Positions 11,160 through 22,253 of a stretch of 64,000 nucleotides of DNA are shown here, in pieces. A program made the position numbers and the translations under genes. The number at the start of each line of letters is the position of its first letter. Position 1 is the stretch's first letter. The notes under the pieces are model-generated. The model searched no databases. It had not been told where the DNA came from and saw only the letters and a list, made by a program, of their open reading frames with translations. The stretch is from contig CM114271.1 of NCBI GenBank assembly GCA_050084515.1, positions 19,344,001 to 19,408,000 on the forward strand, written 5' to 3'. This DNA comes from Blasia pusilla (taxonomy: Eukaryota).

Positions 11160-12450
11160 TATGGTCGTGTGACTATTGCCACAGATATGGTCACATTAGG
11201 GATAGATGTTTTGACCTTCGTCAAGAGGCACGTCCAGAGGTAGGCCGAGGGCCTAGGGGCAATCGTCCTGGAGGAAGTCACGGAGTCCTTCCTGGACATG
11301 GTGGTAGAGGACCACCACCAGCAAGAGGAGCTGGAGCAAGAGCACTAGAGCCGGCACTTCTCTCACGCATTGATCAGTTGGAGCAGAAGATTGCTGCCAT
11401 GACGATGATGCAGCTCAGGGAAGGCACTGAGCCGCGAGCAGCTAGTGTGGCTCCAGTTTCTACCTCTTACCCTAACCTAGGTGAGGATCTCACTAGTATG
11501 GGATTTATGTGTAGTGCAGCTCAGGTTGAGACTGCTGTAGTGGTGACTCGGGGTGCTACGAGAGGCATCGAGCCATCAAGAGGTGGAGTTGAGATTGAAC
11601 CATCAGAGGGGACCAATGGGCGGCAGGCCACAGTTCCACAGTCATTCACATTATCGAAGGCACTACACACACAATCGATGGTGCCTTGACGACCAGTGGT
11701 GCCTTTATGTCATGCAAGTATGTCGACGTTACAAGGAGTTGGAGTGACAACTCCTATGTTGGCTCAAGTGGAGTCAGTGTCGACCATAGTGTTGGAGGTG
11801 GCCATCAGAGTGAGCCAGACTCCACTATTTTCCGCCATAGAGTTGGCGACATTGGGAGTTGGACCAACTGAGGTGTTCCGGCTGGCCGCCACGTTGTGTG
11901 AGCGTGGAGAGGTGACCGCTTCTTGTTTTGAGGTAGTTGAGGAGGTGGTGGACTTGCCCTCAGAGCCGGTGCTCAAGACGTCCCCCACAGAGTGATGGCA
12001 TGCGGCGGCGGAAAAGTTGGTAGATATGCCAGCTCGACCGGCCATAGAGCAAGCAATGGTGACACCTCGAGTAGTGTTACTGGATAACCAAGCTAGAGTA
12101 TTTTGCTTGGTTAATCCGATGGGGAAAATATACCACCCGCAGCGCGTCCTACTTGATTCGGGAGCCGAGCCCTTGATGTTAGGGAAGGCGGCGTGTTTAG
12201 CGTTGGGGTTACGGAAGACCAACATTAAGCCTTTTCAGACCTCGATTGGGGGCGTGTCATCCACGCAGTATATGACTCGATAGGAGATAGTTTTTAGAGT
12301 CCATCCAGAGCATGCGACGGATAGTGCTATGGTGCGCACACGTGTGATTACAACACCAGCTGACTCATACGATGGGTTGGTGGTTGGTGGGGAGTACAGT
12401 ATTATATCCCCTAGGATTCATCCTTGACTTTTGGGAGGAGACCGTTGTTT
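11160..12450 (+). pseudogene. Gag C-terminus with CCHC zinc knuckle and aspartic protease of copy 2
   Basis: CDYCHRYGHIRDRC (11168-11209) followed by a G/R/P-rich segment. RVLLDSGAEPLMLG (Asp at 12155) is in the same frame. Confidence 0.85.
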
Positions 12451-12870
12451 ATCGGCTAGGGTGGCGGTCAGGGTGATAGCCAGATGAGTCAGTTACCCAT
12501 GCAGTTTGCGAGACGAGGTGGTCGATCACAAGACGAGTCTGTGACCACATTGGCAGCTTTCATAGGTAGTGTTAGCTAGCCACGAGAGTTGTTGGAGGGG
12601 AATGCACATGCGGAGGACGTCCTAGTTGCGGATAGTCCCACGGAGAGACAGGCCATGGCGGGTGTCTCTTCCCATGTTGGTGAGACCTCTTCACCATTGT
12701 GGGGTACAACTTGAGAGCTATAGAGGAGTACCGAAAACCTTGTGAGGCAAGCGTGGAGTCATGCCTTTATCCCGAGGCAGCGAGATTTAGGTGGCAATCG
12801 GGCCCCTGGAATGGAGACGTTGATCCCACTGGATACTACACCCGTTGTGTGGTAGTGTATAGAGAAGGAT

Positions 12871-14790
12871 GTTAGGGTGTTAGATCTCTTCGGAGGGATT
12901 AGCATAGGATTGGTTGCGGTATTGTAGGCGGGCATACGGGAGCATCAGTACCTTAATGTGGAGAAAGATGAGACTGCACAGCGAGTATCATTACGTCATG
13001 TAGCAAGATTGGTCCAAAGGTATCCAGAGTTGTTGCCGGTATCTGCAATACAGGGATATCATCATACACTACCCGCCGACATCTCTTTGGTGGGGGCGCA
13101 GGATCTGGATAGAGTTGGCACCAGTGTCACGACCCTCATGACCAAACGAGTGCCAAAGCAGAACATCGGAATATTAGTGGGCTCACACTAAGATGGTTTG
13201 CGCGTTGGAGTGGTCTCGAAGAAGAGACAAGAGACGGGATGCAAGCAAGGCTTTGCGTTTCAGATGTTGTGGTCGCGACTAAGAAACCTGGACCAAACGC
13301 GAAACAAGACTTGAAAGGAGTTGAGTTTAGAAAGTGGGTTGCCAAAGGAAGGAATCCGGATTTGGGACGCCACTAGCTTTGAGAGTTTTCAACTGTATTT
13401 ATGGCCATAACTTTTAGCGCCAAGATGCGTTTGGATTGGACAAGGATGTGTTGAAGGCTTATGAAAAGTTGGTTCAAACGCACTAAAGATCTCTGCTAAC
13501 GCATAAGCAGTGGCTGAGAAACAACCCGGAAACGACTGTAAGTAGAGTCGGGTTGAGGGCCACAATGAAGGGCCTGACCCTCCTTTTCCAAAGATGGGGG
13601 GTTATTGGAGAACCCCAGAAGTACTAGTAAGGGGAAGGTCTCCAAGAGTGCTTGGAACTCGAACCCCACTTTGGGCGCCATGAGGCGGCTCAAGGGAATG
13701 GAACGAATCGAGAGTTTGGGGTTGGGTTGGAAAACCTAAACCAAGTCTATGGAGGCGATTTTAGACATCCCTCTTGGATTTCACCCCGCAACTCAATTAC
13801 TTGGGTCTCGATTTGGAACTCACATGAGGTCCGTTGAACAGTTGGGATCGCTAGGCACGCAAGTGCCATTTTAGGTTCCTGGACTAATCAAGAAGTTTGT
13901 TCCAAGTCTTGAAGGTTGAGTTTGATGAGACGCCGAGGTGAGAACTCGGTGGGTTGGAACGCTGGTTGGCCTAGACCCGACTAACAAGAGTGCGTGTTTG
14001 GGTGCAGATCGGCGATGAGATCGTGTCCTACTGAACGTACGCTTCCGCAACAATAAAGATTGACGTTCAAGGAGAGTAGGGGCGCGATAATTCATTTGGT
14101 GATTGCTGGATGGCCATGTCAGGGTCATTCATCAGTTGGCCAAGGGTTTGGATTGCAGGACCCGAGGTCAGGGATGTTTTGGGAGATGTTGCGAGTAGTA
14201 CGACACTTGCAAGAGAGTCAGACATATTTTGCAGCATAGATTGTGGAAAACGTGCCATTTTTTGGAGACACTCGTGCACGTGTGATGACGAGTGTGCATC
14301 AGATGAAATCCTGGTTGGGACCTGCTGTGTTGTTAGATATAGCGAGAGTTGGATCACGCGCCCATCGTCCACGACTATGATGGACAAACTTGATACCATC
14401 AGAGGTACTGAGTCGAGCATACAATGGAGTCTAGAGAGCACCACATCTCACAGTGGATGCTATTTTGGGCTAAGGGCGTCAATCTCAGGTGGTGACGCGG
14501 GATGATAGACCACCGTTGGCGATGGCCAATAGGGTGGGGGAGTTGAGGGCAGCCTTACCTACATTGGTGAGCTTCCCAGCATCACATGCCTTTCGTCAAA
14601 GAGGGCCAGACATGATTTGGGATGAGGTGACCCAAGCATTGGAGGAGCCTACAGCACATGAGCGCGAGCGCGTCACGGGGTTTGCTACGGGTACTACTGC
14701 GATGCCACGTATGACTGAGGCATCCCGGAGACAGATGTTGGGGTAGGCGATGGACCTCAACTGTCTCACGTGGATAGTCCGCCTAGGTAT
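12871..14790 (+). pseudogene. DNMT3-like C5 cytosine methyltransferase domain (copy 2), split by a solo LTR at 13125-14089; catalytic PC intact
   Basis: VRVLDLFGG (12871), NVEKD, DISL, then the insertion. After it: LVIAGWPCQG (TGT 14117-14119), DPRSGMFWE, IVENVP, GSRAHRPRL*WTN, ERERVTGFATGTT, SRRQMLG*AMDLNCL. Confidence 0.93.
13125..14089 (+). mobile_element. Solo LTR, family L3 (~965 bp; orientation arbitrary)
   Basis: TGTCACGACCC...GGGGCGCGATA imperfect terminal inverted repeat. Absent from copy 1 at the equivalent site. A diverged relative lies at 60758-61539. No clean TSD. Confidence 0.8.
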
Positions 14791-15046
14791 GGATGAGTAG
14801 AGACGGATGCGAGTGTCAACCATGCCGTCATGTTCACGAGTTGGACCATTGCCTATACGGTCTGTACAGGCATTGGCTAGGGGCAGAACGAGGAGAGATA
14901 GGAACCCATGGACTTCCTGGGACGTCGTTCGAGCGGAGAGTACGAAGGCGGCTAGAGCAGCACATGTTTATTTTTTGGATGTGGAGCATGGTGTAGGAGG
15001 TCAGAGTGGAATGGTTGTTGCGGAGGTGGCTAGGGTTGCTACATAG

Positions 15047-16764
15047 CAACCAAAGCCAGAGGTTGCGTCCTCTCCAAGTGAGGTCACGATGGAGACTTGG
15101 GAGCCTATGATAGGTCTCAAGTTGATAGGAGGAGAGTGACGGCGAGTTCATAGGTTTCTAAGAGGGCTTGTCAGTTGTTTTGCCTTCAATATGAGAGACT
15201 TGGGTACGCTGAAGGATCTCCGGATACGGATTGAGTTGGCTATTGATACGCCGATCTTTCGTCGAACCTACAAGTATTGTGATAGGGAGTGAGCCTTGAT
15301 TTACAGCAGGAGTCAGAACTTGTTAGAGGCAGGACTTGTGGAGTTATCACATGGGGAGTATGCATCTGACACAGTCATCCCAGCGAAGAAGGATATGTAT
15401 GGTAATTGGATGGATAGGCGGATGTGTTGAGATTACCGTCTTATCAACCGACACACGAGGTCAGATCGATACGCCATGCCTACTCTTGAGGAGATCTTTG
15501 ATGCAATAGGGAATGCAAAGATCTTCAGTACTTTAGATCTCCGTACTGGCTGTCATCAGCTTCCTATCAGGTTGGAGGACAAGGAGAAGATAACATTCTC
15601 GGGGATAGATCGGTTCGGGAGAGATTGCTTGTATTAGTGGCGGTTTTTACCATTTGGGTTGAAGAACGCTCCTGCGGAGTTTCAGAGAGTGATGGATAGA
15701 ATTCTGGTTGGCTTGGAGTTTATACGATGTTACATAGATGATATTCTTACCTTCAATTCCACGGTTGAGGAGCATGAGTGACATCTGGAAGAGGTGTTTC
15801 GGCCATTGCAGTTACATGGACTGAAGTTGCATCCATGAAAGTGCAGATTCTTTCAAGAGCACATTGAGTACTTGGGACACATCATATACCCAAGTGGGTT
15901 AGGCGTTCAGTAGAAGAAGATGGAGGCTATTGCGCAGATTCCACGCCCTACAGATGTGAGTCGAGTCTGAGCGTTTCTTGGACAAGTGAACTTCTATCGA
16001 CGGTATATCAAGGGTTTTAGTGCGATCGCAAAGTCTTTGACCTTGTTGACGAGACTTGATCGTGTTTGGTTGTGGGGAGATGATCAGGAGTGAGAAATTT
16101 AGGAGCTCAAGGATAGGTTGACGTCCTCACCCATTTTACATAGACCGGTTAGGGATCGCCCATTCCAATTACATACGGATTAGAGCATGTTGGGTCTAGG
16201 AGCAGTGCTTTCTCAGAGGGATGACGAGGAGAGGGAGTTCGTTGTGGCTTATGTGAGCTGATCGAACAACATTGTAGAGGCAAAGTACAGCTCTTACGAG
16301 GGAGAGTGCTTGGCTGCAGTGTGGGCCGTGGCACATTTCAAGTGTTATTTATTCGGCAACCGTTTCACACTTATCACTGATCATCAACTGTTGAGGTGGT
16401 TGATGGAGTCCGACAAGCTTACCGGAAAGCTTGCCAGGTGGGCTCTATTACTACAGTAGTATGAGTTTGAGGTGGTTCATAGGCTAGGTCGGTTGAACCA
16501 GGATACGGATGGGTTGAGTCGTAACCCATGTTCGAGTTAGAGAAACGACACATGAGCTCGATGGCACCGAGAGAGTGATGAGGAGATGGTGCCCGATTAG
16601 CATGCATCATCTGCCTATCTTTGTTGGTTGACTATGGTAGGTCAGTCGCAGGTAATGACTCCAGTGGTGGGGTTGGATGATGAGTCTTTGGATCCGGAGG
16701 TCAGTGAGGAGGCGATAGGTGGTCGTGATATCCATGACGACGTGGAGGTTGTGGAGTTCTTACG
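15047..16764 (+). pseudogene. Reverse transcriptase + RNase H of copy 2
   Basis: Same frame as the MTase C-terminal half: PIFRRTYKY, PAKKD, RYAMPTLEEIFD, STLDLRTGCHQL, PFGLKNAPAEFQR, CYIDD (YIDD 15731-15742), FQLHTD, YSSYEGECLAAVWAV, TDHQLL. Confidence 0.94.
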
Positions 16765-17094
16765 TATTGAAGATTGAGTTACAGTCAAGCTCATGAGATA
16801 CCTAAACTACTATATTTGGTACTCACACGAAGTAGGAAAACTTAATCTTGGTTAGTCAGTTAAGCACGATTATCTTAACTACGGTTAGTTAATCACAGTA
16901 AGTCTAACACGAGACTATGGTTAAGGGTAGGGTTAGGGTTGCTTGTACATATCCTATGTAATTGAGAAGAGGACTAACCTCCACTTATTCTTTCATCGCA
17001 AATTTTGTTCTCCATGGTGGTGTGTGTGTGTATGTGTGTGTGTGTGTGTGTGAGCCTTTTTCTACCAATTCTGCTTGTTTAGCAGTTTTCCACA
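16765..17094 (+). repeat. Copia 5' LTR (TA...CA)
   Basis: Direct repeat of 21937-22248 with a longer (TG)n tract. Confidence 0.95.
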
Positions 17095-17106
17095 TGGTAT
17101 CACAGC
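17095..17106 (+). other. Primer-binding site, initiator tRNA-Met type
   Basis: TGGTATCACAGC, one mismatch from the canonical TGGTATCAGAGC, immediately after the 5' LTR. Confidence 0.9.
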
Positions 17107-17193
17107 GGGAAGAGAACATCACTTGAAATTCTTGGTATTTTAAGGGAGAAGAGAGGCAAGAGAAGGCACACTTTCAGTTTGGGAGAAGGAAAA

Positions 17194-17747
17194 TTTTATT
17201 GACAACACAGTGGGTGCAGATTTCAAATGGAGCTTTCACGGTGATAAAACTTTGGAGGCATTTTTTAGGGCCTTTCCGGTCGATTTAGCTGTCTGGGCCC
17301 ACTTCGGCTAGAATGATGCCAAAGACTGGTTCTAGCCGTCTTGTAGAGCTTGTCAAGAGCTTTCCAACGCACTCAAAATCGCTTGATTTTGACACTCTAA
17401 GCTTTTGCAGTACCAATTTCAGCATAGAAAAGTGCAATTAGTGAAGAAAAGTTGTGCAGTTTGCTCTCTATTTTATTCAAAGCTCAGTGGGTGCAGATTT
17501 CAAGAGGAGCTTGGACGGTGATAAAACGTTGGAGGCATTTTTTAGGGCTTTCCTGATCAATTCTGCCGTCTGGGTCCGCTTCGGCTAGAATGATGCCAAA
17601 GGCAGATTCTAGCCGTCTTGTAGAGCTTGTCAAGAGCTTTCCAACGCACCCAAAATCGCTTGATTCTGACACTTTGAGCTCCTGGATCAACAATTTCAGT
17701 GTAGGAAAGTGCAATTGGTGAAGAAAAGTTGTGCAGTTTGCTCTCTA
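17194..17747 (+). repeat. 277-bp tandem duplication in the Copia 5' leader
   Basis: Units 17194-17470 and 17471-17747. The sister Copia at 10810-11085 has only one unit. Confidence 0.9.
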
Positions 17748-17888
17748 TAGGCCAATTTCGACTAGTTCTTTCATACAGTTGATCAATTTGGGAAAATTTC
17801 AGGTCGACTTCTGTGTAGGAGTGGTCTATGCTTCAAGTGGAGCAGTAGAAAGCCTGAAATTACATTTTTGTGAGTGAAATCGTTTATG

Positions 17889-20800
17889 ATGGATTATTCC
17901 TCACCAACAATCATAGGCGAGAAGCTAGACAAGCATAATTACAATGTCTCGAAGTTTCACATGAAAAAATTTCTCATGGGTCAAGAACTATGAGAGCTTG
18001 TCATAGGTGATGAGGCCAAGCCAAAAGGTGACTCAATAGACTTGAATGTTCGCGCTTCGAACAAACGCGCAAGGCAAGTAATCCACTACATTTCAATAAC
18101 GATCGGTTCGCCAATGATAGGTCACATCCAAGATGTTGATATTCCGAAGGAGGCCTGGGATGCATTGGAAAAGCTATTCTAGATATCTACAAAGGCCAAA
18201 AAGCTTCAATTGAAACAGCAATTGAACGAAGTGAGGAAAGGATCGTAGAGCATCAATGATTATATTTTAAGTATCTGACATATTGTTGATTAGTTGAATA
18301 GCATTGGAGTGACAGTAGAAGATGATGATCTGATTTTATTCACTCTTCAAGGCCTTCCAAAGGATAACAAGTCCTTTGAGACCTCTATCTCTGTGAGAGA
18401 GAAATATCCAACCTTTCAAGAGTTAGTTTCTCTGGTGGATATCAAGCATATGGAGGAAGAGGCACTCAATATAACGTCACTCAATCAACTACGAACCAGT
18501 ACCACACACAATCACAAGGTGGTGATGGTGGAAACCGTTGGGGTCGAGGTCATCAATAGAGGGTCCTTGAATCTTGCAATTATTGTGGGATAAAGGGTCA
18601 CTATGCAAAGTTTTGCTTCAAGAAGAAGGGAAATATGAGAACATGAGCCTTACATCAACAAAATTATGTGGAGCAACAACACCAAGAGCAGTACCAAGAA
18701 CAACAACATTCACAAACGGAGCATCTCTTGGCCATAACTCATCATAGGGGAGCAATGGTTAAGAAAGACTCGACAACAGATTGGTACATTGACTCTAGTG
18801 CATCAAATTACATGACCTCACAAGCTAAATGGTTCAATAGTTTGGAGCCGGTAAAAGATTCTGTAATTGTGCTCACAGGAGATGACACTCAACATCATAT
18901 CACGCATACCAATAAAGTTCCAATAGCATCACATGCTCTTTATGCTCTTGCAAATATTCTCTATGTTCCTACCATTGCAAGAAATCTAATCTTTATAGGA
19001 AAGATAGTAGAACAGGGTTATCAAGTGAAGTTTAACGCAGATGGTTGTTTCATTGAAACAATGGATGACCAGACTACAATAGCCAAAGCAACTAGATCTC
19101 GCAGAATCTTCAAATTAGATGTTTCCATGCCAGAGATTCAAACAGCAATGTATGGTCAAACTGGCCAACAAGTCATAGATCTAAATGTGTGGCATAAAAG
19201 AATTGGACATATGAATCTTCAAAGATTATAAAGTCTTTCATCATCTAATATAGTAATAGGACTCCCTAAATTAGGGAGTTCTGCTACGTTAGAGGTATGT
19301 CTAGCTTGCCAATTTGGAAAACAAGCTAGATTTCCTTTTCCAAAGCAAGGTAGAAGAACATCCAAGATATTGGAGTTGATCCACAATGATGTGTGGACAG
19401 CATCACAACATAGCCTTGGTGGTTTGCCAGTACTTTATTTCATTTATTGATGACTTCTCTAGATATATATGGGTATACTTTCTGAAAGCCAAGTCACAAG
19501 CTTTCAGAAAGTTCAAACATTCAAAGTTCTAGTAGAGAAGCAGACTAGATAATACATTCTGAAATTGCGTTGTGATGGAGGAGGAGAGTATCTTTCAACA
19601 GAGTTTGATGACTATTTACGTCAGAATGGCATCCAACGTCAAGTGACTTACCGTTATACTCCAAAAAAAAATGGAGTGGTTGAAAGGAAGAATCGTCATA
19701 TTGTTGAAGCGGCACGAGCTATGCTGAATGAGAAGAACATGCCTAAGGTGCATTGAGCAAAGGCTGTAGCATGTGTAGTCTTCTTAATCAACCGAACTCC
19801 AACATCAAGAGTTCATGATAAAACTCTATTTGAAGTCTTCATAGGAATTAAACCTGATTTTTCCTTCTTGAAAGTATTTGGCTGTATTTGTTATGCTCAT
19901 GTTCCTTTTGAGAGACGTCAAAAATTAGACCCCAAGTCTGAAAGATGTATCTTCATTGGCTATGTTGATGGAACTAAGGGGTATAAGTGCTACATTCCAT
20001 CCTCTAGGCAGCTTATTATTAGTCGGGATGTTATCTTTGATGAGCTAAAGTCATGGTATGCTCCATCCAAGCCTATTCCACCTCTAAACTTGTCTGTTCA
20101 GAGAGAGAATATTCCTATAAACCAATAGACATTGTCTTCAACTTCCCCAAGTACTAGTGCAGGATTAGGAGAGGTCCTAGATTCATCCATTAAATCTGTG
20201 AGTCCATGGACGGAAAGAGTACATATTCAGTCTGTTGACACTAGTCAGAGCTCGAGGTAGATGTCAGAGGCATCTACCTCTAAACAACAACTTCGTAGAT
20301 CAAGTAGAGTTACACATCCAGTTCATAGATTCATAAATGAAGGTTTTCTTGTGACACATCATGCATATATGATGACTACCCTTCAACAGCAAGAGCCAAG
20401 TTATTTTGAAGAAGCTGCGAGTAAAGCCGAATGGATTGAAGCTATGGAGGAAGAGCTTGCTGCATTAAGACATCAACAAACATGGGAGCTGGTTGATATA
20501 CCTTCCGGTAAGGAAGCTATTGTTTGCAAATGGGTTTACAAAATCAAGCGCAATCAAGATGGTACAATTAACAGATACAAAGCAAGATTGATGGCTAAGG
20601 GCTATGCACAACAATATAGTATCGATTATGAGAAAACATTTAGCCTTGTTGTAAAGATGGCGACTACGAGAATAGTGGTTGCAATTGCAGCAAGTAAGAA
20701 GTGGAGATTATATCACATGGATATCAAGAATACCTTCTTGAATGGAGATCTATACGAAGAGGTATATATGACTCAACCACCTAGATACGAGCATCCCAAG

Positions 20801-21949
20801 TTTCCATTTCGCGTATGCAGGTTGAAGAAAGCTCTTTACAGGCTCAAACAAGCTTCAAAATCTTGGTATGGCAAGATTACATACGTTCTACAAGAGTTGG
20901 GTTTTAGGGTATGTGATTTTGACTCCTTGCTATATGTCTTGAGAGGACAAGATTATACAGTTCTCATTGTGTTGTATGTTGACGATCTCTTGATTACTGG
21001 GAGTACTGAAAAAATGGTACAACAAGTCAAGCTTAAGTTACAAGCAGAATTTGATATGAAGAACTTGGGAGAACTCAAGTATTTCCTTGGTATTGAGTTT
21101 ATCAAGGTTGGAGAGAGCATGTGGCTACTACAACAACAACATGCTCTTCATATGCTTTCAAAATATGGTATGAAGGCTTGTAAGCCAATATCTACACCGT
21201 TGGACCAGAGCGTGAAGCTAAGAGTGGATGAAGGAGAGTTGCTTGCAGACTCTAATATGTACACGCGCATGGTTGGAAGTTTGATCTATCTAAGTATAAC
21301 CAGACGAGATTTAAGCTATGTTGTTGGCCTAGTGAGCCAGTTTATACAAGCACCTCGAAAACCTCACCTTGATGTTGTGAGGAGGATTATTCGGTATGTG
21401 AAATTCTCTATTCAATTCGGGCTTCAATTTGAACCTTCTCCGAGTTTTCAATTATAGGGATTCATAGATGCTGATTGGGTAGGAAGCGTGTCTGATCCGC
21501 ACTCCACATCTGGTTATTCATTTACTTTGAGAAGCGTAGCTATAAGTTGGGCTTCAAAGAAGCAAGCTATAGTTGTTTTATCTTCAACAGAGGTTGAGTA
21601 CATAGCAGCAACCAATGCAGTATGTGAGGCGGTGTGGCTTCATCAATTACTTGTTGAGATTGGTGTTAGTAACTTAAGACCTAGTGTAATATTTACGAAC
21701 AATATTAGTAGCATCAAGCTTGCTAGTAACCCTGTGTTGCATGCTCGTACAAAGCATGTTGAGGTGCACTATCATTTTATCATAGAGAAAGTGCTTGCAG
21801 GAGAAATTGATCTTGTGTATATAGGCACAGATCATCAAATTGCTGACATCTTTACAAACGCATTGTCTAGAGATAAGATTGAGATGTTTAGAAAAGATTT
21901 AGACGTTGGAGATATCGATATGAGCTTGAGGGGGAGTATTGAAGCTTGA
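17889..21949 (+). pseudogene. Copia gag-pol polyprotein (disrupted)
   Basis: WYIDSSASNYM (PR), WHKRIGHMN, RCDGGGEY and NGVVERKNR (IN), CKWVYKIK/YKARLMAKG/LYVDDLL (RT), WASKKQ/HARTKHVEVHYHF/QIADIFT (RNase H). Stops and frameshifts present. Confidence 0.95.
21928..21936 (+). other. Copia polypurine tract
   Basis: GAGGGGGAG directly abutting the 3' LTR. Confidence 0.88.
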
Positions 21950-22248
21950 GTTACAGTCAAGCTCATAAGACACCTACACTGCTACATTTGGTACTCACAC
22001 GAAGTAGGGAAGCTTAATCTTGGTTAGTCAGTTAAGCATGATTATCTTAACTATGGTTAGTTAATCACAATTAGTCTAACTCGAGACTATGGTTAAGGGT
22101 AGGGTTAGGGTTGCTTGTACATACCCTATATAATTGAGAAGAGGACCAGCCTCCACTCATTCTCTTATTGCAAATTTTGTTCTCCATGGTGATGTATGTG
22201 TGTGAGAGTTGTTTTCCACCAGTTATGCTTGTTTAGCAGTTTTCCCCA
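21937..22248 (+). repeat. Copia 3' LTR (TA...CA)
   Basis: Direct repeat of 16765-17094. Confidence 0.95.
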
Positions 22249-22253
22249 TTGGG

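Larger units (their letters stand above)
16765..22248 (+). mobile_element. Full-length Ty1/Copia LTR retrotransposon (5484 bp, decayed) inserted in copy 2
   Basis: LTRs at 16765-17094 and 21937-22248, tRNA-Met-type PBS, PPT, gag-PR-IN-RT-RH order. Decayed TSD TTACG/TTGGG; removing the element plus one TSD restores VEFLRTNVIVSTVSARE, collinear with copy 1 LEYLRTCSVASIVVARE. Confidence 0.96.

Noticed and set aside
10844-11689. 281-aa ORF with a zinc knuckle as a novel gene
   Set aside because: Chimera: the first ~105 codons are the antisense of the Copia leader, and the rest is Gypsy copy 2 gag, joined at 11159/11160.
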